Source of the DNA: an uncultured Anaerolineales bacterium
GTDB lineage: Bacteria > Chloroflexota > Anaerolineae > B4-G1 > SLSP01
Reading direction: 5' to 3'
Length of the DNA stretch: 38,744 nucleotides
Assembly: GCA_964650935.1 (NCBI GenBank)
Contig: CAZYYC010000004.1
Span: 4,008-42,751 of the forward strand
Shown here piece by piece: positions 8,347 to 15,308 of the stretch. The position numbers were made by a program, and so were the translations under genes. Positions within the stretch are counted from its first letter, which is position 1; the number at the start of each line of letters is the position of its first letter. Below the pieces are notes generated by a model. It saw only the letters and a list, made by a program, of their open reading frames with translations, was not told the origin of the DNA and ran no database searches.

Positions 8347-9498
8347 ATGCTCTTTACCCGTGAGGACCTGGAACGCTGTGAGGCAGCGACGCTGGCGCCC
8401 TATGGTTTCCATAGCCGCGAGTCCCAAGGACGAGCCTTTCCGGAGGAGGAGGCTAGCTATCGCACGCGCTTCCAGCGCGACCGCGACCGGATTCTGCACA
8501 CCAATGCCTTTAGGCGCCTCGAGTACAAGACTCAGGTTTTCGTCTACGCGGAGGGTGACTACTACCGTACACGCCTGACCCACACCCTCGAAGTCGCCCA
8601 GATCGGTCGATCCCTGGCCACGGCCCTCGGCGCCAACGAGGTCCTTGTCGAGGCTATCTGCCTGGCTCACGATCTCGGTCACCCGACCTTTGGCCACGCC
8701 GGGGAGTACATGCTCAACCAGCTCATGGCCGACCACGGCGGATTTGACCACAACAAGCAATCTCTGCGTATCGTGGAGAAGTTGGAGCATCGCTATCCCG
8801 ACTTTGAGGGGCTCAATCTCTCGTGGGAGGTCCTGGAGGGGATCGTCAAGCACGAGACCTCGTACGACGTTGCCGATGCCACCCGCTTCGCGCCGCACTT
8901 GCGGGGCACACTGGAGGCGCAACTCGCCAACCCGGCCGACGAGCTCGCGTACAGCGCCCACGATCTCGACGACGGCCTCTACTCGGGCCTGATCCGCCCC
9001 CAGGACCTAACAGGACTCAAGCTTTGGGAACAGGTGAAGGAGAGCGTCGGTTGGGATGGAACCGACTATGACAAGATGTGGCGCCATCGCATCGTTCGCC
9101 GGCTGTTGGGATTGCTGATCGATGACGCCATCGCCGAGACGGCTCAACGGCTGGAAGCAGCGACCCCCGCCTCTGCTGACGACGTGCGCGCCCTTCCCGA
9201 CAACGTGGTCGCCCTCTCATCCGAGATGGGCGAACGTCTGGCTGAGCTCAAACGCTTCCTGCTGGAGCGTCTCTATCGGCACCCGCGGGTGATGCGGATG
9301 CAGATCAAGGCAGAACGCATCATCCGCGCGCTGTTCGAGGCCTACGTCGCCGAACCGCGTCAGCTTCCCTACGAGGAACAGGCCAAACTGGAGTCACGAT
9401 CGCTCCATCGTGTGGTGTGCGACTACATCGCCGGGATGACCGACCGCTATGCACTCCAGGAGTACGCCAAGCTCTTCGACCCGCTCGAACGTGTATAA
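8347..9498 (+). CDS. dgt: Deoxyguanosinetriphosphate triphosphohydrolase (HD domain)
   Basis: FQRDRDRILH..AFRRL.YKTQV, RTRLTHTLEV, AHDLGHP.FGHAGE, DYIAGMTD. Confidence 0.95.
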   Translation: MLFTREDLERCEAATLAPYGFHSRESQGRAFPEEEASYRTRFQRDRDRILHTNAFRRLEYKTQVFVYAEGDYYRTRLTHTLEVAQIGRSLATALGANEVLVEAICLAHDLGHPTFGHAGEYMLNQLMADHGGFDHNKQSLRIVEKLEHRYPDFEGLNLSWEVLEGIVKHETSYDVADATRFAPHLRGTLEAQLANPADELAYSAHDLDDGLYSGLIRPQDLTGLKLWEQVKESVGWDGTDYDKMWRHRIVRRLLGLLIDDAIAETAQRLEAATPASADDVRALPDNVVALSSEMGERLAELKRFLLERLYRHPRVMRMQIKAERIIRALFEAYVAEPRQLPYEEQAKLESRSLHRVVCDYIAGMTDRYALQEYAKLFDPLERV

Positions 9499-9516
9499 TC
9501 GAGGAACTGGGCGTCC

Positions 9517-10041
9517 CTAAGGAATACAGAGGGCGTCGCCGGCGCGGATGAAGTTCAGGTCGCGGATGCAGTTACACTTGGCGATGGACCACATATCCGC
9601 TCCGTAGTGGATCGAGATCCAGCTCAGCGTATCGCCCCACCGTATCACGTGGGTCAAGCGGCAATCGCATCCGCCGCAGACCGGATCCGGAGTCGGGCCC
9701 GGATCAGGGTCAGGGTCGGGGTCGGGGTCCACCACGTCGCCGAATTGCGGCGTGCACGTGGGGCCCGGTGGAAGCGTCTTGGGGACGTCAGGGATGCTCA
9801 GAATCTGCCCCGGTCGGATAAGATGGGTCGTGATGATGTCATTCTGGGTGGCAATCGCCGCCGGATCAACCCCGTAGGCACGGCCAATACAGTAGAGAGT
9901 CTCGCCAACTTTGACCGTGTGCTCGCCCAGGATCTCCCACCCACCGGCCCCCACAGCAGCGCGTGCCGCCACGCCCTGCGCCGATCCCAACGCAAATCCC
10001 AAAATAGCCAAGCATAGACTCATTCGCACAAGCATCTTCAT
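9517..10041 (-). CDS. Secreted protein with two Cys-containing LysM domains and a Pro/Asp linker
   Basis: Signal peptide; LysM repeats HTVKVGETLYCIGRAYGV...I and HVIRWGDTLSWISIHYG...CIP. Start ATG 10041 follows AAGGAG. Confidence 0.87.
   Translation of the reverse strand: MKMLVRMSLCLAILGFALGSAQGVAARAAVGAGGWEILGEHTVKVGETLYCIGRAYGVDPAAIATQNDIITTHLIRPGQILSIPDVPKTLPPGPTCTPQFGDVVDPDPDPDPDPGPTPDPVCGGCDCRLTHVIRWGDTLSWISIHYGADMWSIAKCNCIRDLNFIRAGDALCIP
9701..9729. repeat. Hexamer tandem repeat encoding the (DP)n linker
   Basis: ggatca gggtca gggtcg gggtcg gggtc. Confidence 0.8.
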
Positions 10042-10080
10042 AGCGTTCGACTCCTTCGATGACGACGCGACGATGCCTCC

Positions 10081-10109
10081 ATTATAGAAGACCACGTCGG
10101 CGACCGCAA
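10081..10109 (-). promoter_or_regulatory. Promoter of the LysM gene
   Basis: TTGCGG-17 nt-TATAAT on the minus strand. Confidence 0.6.
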
Positions 10110-10134
10110 GAGGTGATGCATGCGCGGGCGGGGC

Positions 10135-10151
10135 TGTAACGAAACTGTAAC
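10135..10151. promoter_or_regulatory. OmpR/WalR-type direct-repeat box TGTAAC-N5-TGTAAC
   Basis: Exact hexamer repeat with 11-bp period, upstream of the LysM promoter. Confidence 0.55.
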
Positions 10152-10181
10152 ATTGTCAAGCGATCTCACCGCCGGCGGCGC

Positions 10182-10397
10182 CTACAGGGCGTCGCCCAGC
10201 AACATGCCGAGCAGCCCAAGGATCAGGCCAAGGTGCAGGAGCACATCGGTGCTCGCAAACCAGCGCGTGACCGACCAACCGGGCAGAAAACGCACCACAA
10301 GGTTGAGGGCAATGAGCCCCACGCCAATCAACACGGGAAGCCCTTTGCGCTGCGACAGGAACTCCGCTACAGCTCTCAAGATCTTGGTGACGCGCAT
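10182..10397 (-). CDS. Small 2-TM membrane protein
   Basis: 71 aa, strong RBS GAGGAGGT, upstream TGCTATAAT. Confidence 0.82.
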   Translation of the reverse strand: MRVTKILRAVAEFLSQRKGLPVLIGVGLIALNLVVRFLPGWSVTRWFASTDVLLHLGLILGLLGMLLGDAL

Positions 10398-10453
10398 AGC
10401 ACCTCCTCACCCCGGGTGAAGCTTCGCCATGAACAGGATCGATGTCCGGCGTC

Positions 10454-10462
10454 ATTATAGCA
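10454..10462 (-). promoter_or_regulatory. Extended -10 promoter (TGCTATAAT) for the small membrane protein
   Basis: TGnTATAAT on the minus strand. Confidence 0.55.
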
Positions 10463-10503
10463 TAGGGCAGTGCGACCGGAAGCGTGCGGCGCACGAAGAC
10501 GCG

Positions 10504-10531
10504 TTGATTATTATGATCCTTATAGTATAAT
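10504..10531 (+). promoter_or_regulatory. bcp promoter overlapped by a Fur/PerR-like AT-rich box
   Basis: TTGATT-16 nt-TATAAT; TGATTATTATGATCC at 10505-10519. Confidence 0.55.
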
Positions 10532-10565
10532 ATAGGCAGCGTAGACCTAGTAGGGAGGTGAGACA

Positions 10566-11024
10566 ATGGCACAGATTGGCGAACAGGCACCGGAGTTTGA
10601 ACTGCTGTCCGACAAGGAGGAACCGGTACGGCTCTCCGACTTCCGAGGACACAAAGTGGTCCTCTACTTCTATCCTAAGGCGGATACTCCCGGTTGCACC
10701 AAGCAGGCGTGCGCGCTGCGCGATGCCTACCCGCAGATCGAGGCAGAGGATGCAGTGGTCATCGGCATCAGTCCGGACGCACCCAAGGCCTTGGTCAACT
10801 TCCGCGAGAAGTACGGGCTTCCCTTCACGCTGCTCTCAGATCCGAATCATGAGGTCGCTGAGGCTTACGGCGCTTGGGGCGAGAAGCAGATGTACGGCAA
10901 GACCTACGAGGGACTCATCCGCAGCCATTTCGCCATCGACGAGGAGGGTCGCTTTAGCGATGCCCAGGTGAACGTGAAGCCCCTGTCCACAGCGGATCTG
11001 GCGCTCAAGCTGGTGGCACCTTAG
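10566..11024 (+). CDS. bcp: Thioredoxin-dependent peroxiredoxin BCP/PrxQ
   Basis: VVLYFYPKADTPGCTKQAC; RBS GGAGGTG. Confidence 0.95.
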   Translation: MAQIGEQAPEFELLSDKEEPVRLSDFRGHKVVLYFYPKADTPGCTKQACALRDAYPQIEAEDAVVIGISPDAPKALVNFREKYGLPFTLLSDPNHEVAEAYGAWGEKQMYGKTYEGLIRSHFAIDEEGRFSDAQVNVKPLSTADLALKLVAP

Positions 11025-11734
11025 CCCAACGGCACCAGCACGAACACACCGGAGGGCAAGGGTATACCCAGGAGATCCAGGGCCCTCTCCCAGAAGGTAA
11101 CCGGGGCAAACCAGAGGAAAGCCGCCAGCGCGACACATAAGCAGATCAGCACCAGCAGAATGATGATCGCGCCATAGAGCCACGTTGAGCGACGCGGCGC
11201 AATGTCATCCGACGCAGCCTGACGCGAAGGCGAGGGCTTCAAGACGGTGGTTTGGGCACCCTGAGGCGCACGACCCACCGGTGCTGGTTGTACGTGTGTG
11301 GGCTCATAGACAGCCGCATGTGCGGCGGGAGCCGATGAGGGCGCCGGGGCAGGGGCGTGCCTGCTCTCTAGGACCTGTGCCGAGAGCTTGCCGGGCCCCG
11401 TTGAGGAGCGATCAATATCCGGTGCGCCCTGCACGACGTACTGGAGCGTCGCAAACTCGGCAAAGCGAATCAGGTCACCGGGGGCGAGGGTGCGGGGAGC
11501 ATCGAGACGTCGTCCGTTGACGAAGGTCCCATTGGTGCTTCCCATATCCTCGATTATCACCCCGCCGGGTGTCAGGCGGATCTGGGCATGAAGGCGCGAG
11601 ATCTGTGCGCTTTCGAGCACGATCGTATTGGTCGAGGCCCGACCCATCGTCGAGAGGAGGTTGACGAGCGCATAGCGCTCACCCACCATCGGTCCCTCCA
11701 CCGCCACAAGGGCATGCACCTTCTGTCGTTGCAT
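11021..11734 (-). CDS. FHA domain protein with Pro/Ala linker and C-terminal TM
   Basis: FHA motifs GR, SRLHA and DMGSTNGTFVNG; hydrophobic C-terminal helix. Confidence 0.9.
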   Translation of the reverse strand: MQRQKVHALVAVEGPMVGERYALVNLLSTMGRASTNTIVLESAQISRLHAQIRLTPGGVIIEDMGSTNGTFVNGRRLDAPRTLAPGDLIRFAEFATLQYVVQGAPDIDRSSTGPGKLSAQVLESRHAPAPAPSSAPAAHAAVYEPTHVQPAPVGRAPQGAQTTVLKPSPSRQAASDDIAPRRSTWLYGAIIILLVLICLCVALAAFLWFAPVTFWERALDLLGIPLPSGVFVLVPLG

Positions 11735-11779
11735 CGCTATCTCCTACCGCGCGCGGGTCTGCGCGCTTGACATAAGGGC

Positions 11780-11831
11780 AGTATACCGTGTCGGCGCTGC
11801 GGTTGTCAAATCCCTTAGCCAGGTGCACAAT
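11780..11831. promoter_or_regulatory. Divergent promoters sharing overlapping -35 elements (FHA gene / dipeptidase)
   Basis: Minus strand TTGACA(11809-11804)-18-TATACT; plus strand TTGTCA(11803-11808)-17-CACAAT. Confidence 0.5.
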
Positions 11832-11856
11832 CCCCATATCGACAAGGTAAGGAGAG

Positions 11857-12951
11857 ATGATGCCTGAGACAACCCATAGATCCACCCCTTTCCCGATCGT
11901 GGATGCCCACCTTGACGTAGCTTACAACGCCGTCGTCCTCGGGCGCGATCTGAGCTTGCCGATCGCGGAGATCCGCGAGGAAGAGCGACGGCACCCCTCG
12001 GAAGATCCACGGGCTGACCCCTGCATGGTCAGTTGGCCTGCCCTGGTTGAAGGGCGCATCGCCCTGATCGGTGGCAGCATCTTCGTCGAGCCCGGCAAGA
12101 GGTCACACGCCAAAGCCACGACCACCTACACAACACCTGATGAGGCCCACACCCAGGCCATCGAACAGCTGGACTATTACCGGCGGATGGCCGACGAGCG
12201 CGCAGACGTTGATATCATCACCGACGAGCGAGTGCTTGACCGGGTCATGGACAACTGGACGTCCGAGGCCCCCGGTGTGGGCGTCTTCATCGTGATGGAG
12301 GGCGCCGATCCCATCTTGGCGCCTGAGGAGCTCATGTGGTGGGCCGAACGAGGCGTACGGGGCGTCGGGCTCAGCTGGTCAGCCGGGACGCGCTATGCCG
12401 GGGGCAACGCCAACCCGGGGCCACTGACCGATGAGGGCCAGGCCCTGCTCCACGCGATGGCGGATCTCAACCTTCTCCTCGATATCAGCCACCTATGGGA
12501 GGAGGCAGCCTACACGGTGGTCGACCGCTATCCCGGACCGATTGTCGCCACACACGCCAACCCACGCTCCTTCGTGGATTCCCCACGGCAGCTTTCCGAT
12601 GACATGATACGCCGCATCGTGGAACGCGAGGGCGTCATCGGTGGGGTTGCCTTCAACCGTATGCTGGAGGAGGGGTGGCGCCCCAGCCGGCCCCGGCTGC
12701 CCCTGTCGCGCCTCGTCGAGGCCCTTGATCACGTCTGCCAGGTGGCGGGCCACGCCCAGAGCGCCGGTCTGGGCTCAGATCTCGACGGGGGCTTTGGTCA
12801 GTCCTCGGCGCCCGCGGAGCTGACTTCGGTTGCCGACCTTCACAAGATCGCGGATCTGCTGAGAGCCCGCGGCTATAGTGAGCCCGATATCGAAGCGGTG
12901 ATGGGCGGCAACTGGCTGCGGGTGATGCGCCAGGCGCTGGCAGCGTTCTAG
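11857..12951 (+). CDS. Membrane dipeptidase family (peptidase M19) protein
   Basis: DAHLD, MEGAD, DISH, THAN and GSDLDG motifs. Confidence 0.9.
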   Translation: MMPETTHRSTPFPIVDAHLDVAYNAVVLGRDLSLPIAEIREEERRHPSEDPRADPCMVSWPALVEGRIALIGGSIFVEPGKRSHAKATTTYTTPDEAHTQAIEQLDYYRRMADERADVDIITDERVLDRVMDNWTSEAPGVGVFIVMEGADPILAPEELMWWAERGVRGVGLSWSAGTRYAGGNANPGPLTDEGQALLHAMADLNLLLDISHLWEEAAYTVVDRYPGPIVATHANPRSFVDSPRQLSDDMIRRIVEREGVIGGVAFNRMLEEGWRPSRPRLPLSRLVEALDHVCQVAGHAQSAGLGSDLDGGFGQSSAPAELTSVADLHKIADLLRARGYSEPDIEAVMGGNWLRVMRQALAAF

Positions 12952-13046
12952 CTTCAGGGCCTTGGGCACGATCTTCCGGGAAACTGGGTGAGCCCCACGC
13001 AACGCAGCGAGAACGTCGCACGGCCTGCTTCTAGCTGCGCGGCACC

Positions 13047-13074
13047 TTGTCAGAGCGCGACTTTGTGGTATATT
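13047..13074 (+). promoter_or_regulatory. 6S RNA promoter
   Basis: TTGTCA-16 nt-TATATT with an extended TG; the RNA begins about 6 nt later. Confidence 0.7.
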
Positions 13075-13080
13075 ACCGTC

Positions 13081-13252
13081 AATCCTGCCGTGTGCGTGGA
13101 ACCGATCTGGGGTTTTGAGCCAACACCTTACAAATACGGGGACCTCACGTCTAGGGCGAGGACGCGATAGCCTTCGGGCAAGGCAGATTCGCCCGGCCGG
13201 TCCCCACCTGCGCAAGCAGGGTCAAAGCCAACGGTGCACGGCACGGCGGGGC
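13081..13252 (+). ncRNA. ssrS: 6S RNA
   Basis: Rod-like fold: closing stem CCTGCCGTG/CACGGCGGG, TTTTGA/TCAAAG, A/C-rich central bubble, 3' bubble hairpin CCCACCTGC-GCAA-GCAGGGTCAA, and GGGACC/GGTCCC. It has its own promoter and terminator. Confidence 0.85.
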
Positions 13253-13259
13253 CTGACTT

Positions 13260-13303
13260 ATAGAAAGAACCGCGCTGGAGTTTTCCAGCGCGGTTCTTTC
13301 TAT
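13260..13303 (+). terminator. Intrinsic terminator after 6S RNA
   Basis: Perfect 20-bp inverted repeat ATAGAAAGAACCGCGCTGGA/TCCAGCGCGGTTCTTTCTAT with a 4-nt loop. Confidence 0.8.
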
Positions 13304-13316
13304 GAGGTCGTTGTCG

Positions 13317-13347
13317 TAACCTGAGAAGCGTCAACATTATGTAAAGT
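13317..13347 (+). other. dif-like sequence (good XerD arm, atypical XerC arm/spacer)
   Basis: TAACCTGAGAA-GCGTCAACA-TTATGTAAAGT, about 1 kb upstream of xerC. Confidence 0.35.
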
Positions 13348-13351
13348 AGGC

Positions 13352-13380
13352 TTGACTTTGCCCCCTGCCTATGCTATTCT
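13352..13380 (+). promoter_or_regulatory. Promoter of MBL hydrolase-xerC
   Basis: TTGACT-17 nt-TATTCT with an extended TG. Confidence 0.65.
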
Positions 13381-13428
13381 CAGAAAGCTGAATGAGGTTC
13401 GGCACTTCACCACATACTCGAGGCGTCC

Positions 13429-14274
13429 ATGTACTGGGAACGTGTTTCCGAAGAGATCTTCCTTTTCACAAGTGACCGCTACGCAATGGTCAACTCAGTT
13501 GCCGTCCTCACCAAACGCGGGACGGTTGTCATCGATGGTCTCCCCTTTCCAGATGAAGCCAAACAGATTGCGCGATTTCTTGAGGTGCGCTCCGGGATGG
13601 ATTTCCACTCGCTCATCCTCACGCACCACCATATGGACCACGTTTACGGTCTCTTCGCTTTCCCCGAACACCTGGACGTGATCAGCTCTGAACTCTGCCG
13701 CCAGCGTCTGCTTGAGGTCGGCGAGGCTTCGTTGGCTGAAGCGCGCGAGAGTGATCCCGCTTTTGACGAAGTCAAGCTTCGCATCCCAACGCTCACGTTC
13801 GCCTCGGGCGACCTCTTTGTTGAGGCAGGCGACAAGACGTTCCGCCTTTTTCCCCTGCCGGGCCATACCTCGGACAATATCGGGGTCTTGATCGAGGAAG
13901 ATGAAGTCCTCATCACCGGCGACGCCGTGATGGCCATCCCCATTATCGCGGACGGTGACTGGGAGCAGGAGATTGCAACGCTGAACCGGATCAAGGAAAT
14001 GGAGCCGGACACCGTCATCCAGGGGCACGGGGAGGTCATCCTTCGCGGCGAAATCAAGACGGTGATGGATGAATACATTAGCTACCTCAACTGCGTCCGC
14101 GACCAGGCAGAGACTGTGCTCAAGAAGGGACGCGACCGCAAGGAGATCTGGGACATTCCCCTGGAGACGTGCGGCCTTGAGCGCGTGCCCCTCGGTATCG
14201 CCAGCCACCAACTCCACGTAGCCAATATCCTCAGCATCTACGATCGCCTGAAAGCAGAGCAGGAGAGCCGCTAG
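13429..14274 (+). CDS. MBL-fold metallo-hydrolase
   Basis: THHHMDH, PGHT, TGD and QGHG motifs. Confidence 0.9.
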   Translation: MYWERVSEEIFLFTSDRYAMVNSVAVLTKRGTVVIDGLPFPDEAKQIARFLEVRSGMDFHSLILTHHHMDHVYGLFAFPEHLDVISSELCRQRLLEVGEASLAEARESDPAFDEVKLRIPTLTFASGDLFVEAGDKTFRLFPLPGHTSDNIGVLIEEDEVLITGDAVMAIPIIADGDWEQEIATLNRIKEMEPDTVIQGHGEVILRGEIKTVMDEYISYLNCVRDQAETVLKKGRDRKEIWDIPLETCGLERVPLGIASHQLHVANILSIYDRLKAEQESR

Positions 14275-14338
14275 ATGGCGTGCACGGCGAGCAGCCGGGG
14301 CAGGCCTATGGGCGACGTTACGGCACATCCCTGACGCT

Positions 14339-15247
14339 ATGCCCACCCTGCACGAGTGGCTCGACCGCTATCTCCAGTCTCTCGAGCGGGATAACGCTTC
14401 CCCCTACACCGTCAAGAACTACGGGACCGACATAACACAGTTCCTCGACGCCTGCGCAAAGCGCGGCGTCACGACGCTCGAGGAACTCAACCGCGACATC
14501 GTGCGCACCTATATGGCAGAGCTGGATGAGGACGGCTATGTACGTGCCAGCATCGCTCGCCGGATCTTCGAGCTGCGCGCCTTCGGCGACTTCCTCGTCC
14601 ACCATCACGCTTGGAAACAGAACCTCTTCCGCAAAATCCACGCGCCCAAGGTGCCTGCACGCCTGCCACGCTATCTCACCGTCGATGAGGCACGGCGCCT
14701 GATGTCGGCGCCGGATACATCGACGCCGCAGGGGCTGCGCGACCGCGCGATCCTGGAGGTGCTCTACGCATCAGGAACGCGCGTGAGCGAACTCTCCGGG
14801 CTCGACCTTGGCGATGTCGATCTGGGGGCCGGGGAGATGCGCGTGATCGGCAAAGGCGATAAGGAGCGCCTAGTTCTGCTTGGACGCCCTGCGACTGCTG
14901 CGCTGCGGGTGTACATTGAGAGCGCCCGCCCGACCCTCATCGATAAGGAAACATCCAACGCCGTCTTCCTCAACCGCTTCGGGGGGCGCCTCTCCGTGCG
15001 CTCCATCGACACGATCGTGCGCAAGGCGGGCATCGCAGCAGGCATCGATCAGACCGTCACGCCGCACCTGCTGCGCCACACCTTCGCCACCCATATGCTC
15101 AACGGGGGAGCCGACCTCCGCGTCGTTCAGGAGCTCTTAGGTCACGAGAATATCGCCACAACGCAGATCTACGCCAGCATCACGCAGCGACGGGCGAGGG
15201 AGGTCTATCTTCAGGCCCACCCACGTTCGGCAGACAGCGACGCCTGA
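14339..15247 (+). CDS. xerC: Tyrosine recombinase XerC/XerD family
   Basis: RDRAILEVLYASGTRVSE, GKGDKER, PHLLRHTFATHML.GGADLRVVQELLGH...TTQIY. Confidence 0.88.
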   Translation: MPTLHEWLDRYLQSLERDNASPYTVKNYGTDITQFLDACAKRGVTTLEELNRDIVRTYMAELDEDGYVRASIARRIFELRAFGDFLVHHHAWKQNLFRKIHAPKVPARLPRYLTVDEARRLMSAPDTSTPQGLRDRAILEVLYASGTRVSELSGLDLGDVDLGAGEMRVIGKGDKERLVLLGRPATAALRVYIESARPTLIDKETSNAVFLNRFGGRLSVRSIDTIVRKAGIAAGIDQTVTPHLLRHTFATHMLNGGADLRVVQELLGHENIATTQIYASITQRRAREVYLQAHPRSADSDA

Positions 15248-15251
15248 AATG

Positions 15252-15286
15252 GCCAGGCGCGGGCCTTAGAAAGGCCCGCGCCTGGC
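15252..15286. terminator. Hairpin between convergent xerC and clpC
   Basis: 16-bp perfect stem GCCAGGCGCGGGCCTT/AAGGCCCGCGCCTGGC. Confidence 0.7.
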
Positions 15287-15308
15287 GCGTTAGCGGGATG
15301 ATCGCAGC

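Noticed and set aside
10566-11024. Selenocysteine recoding in bcp
   Set aside because: Both active-site codons are TGC and there is no in-frame TGA.
14339-15247. Integron integrase or prophage integrase reading of the tyrosine recombinase
   Set aside because: It has no IntI-specific insertion, no attC array and no phage or cargo genes. The motifs are typical of XerC/D.
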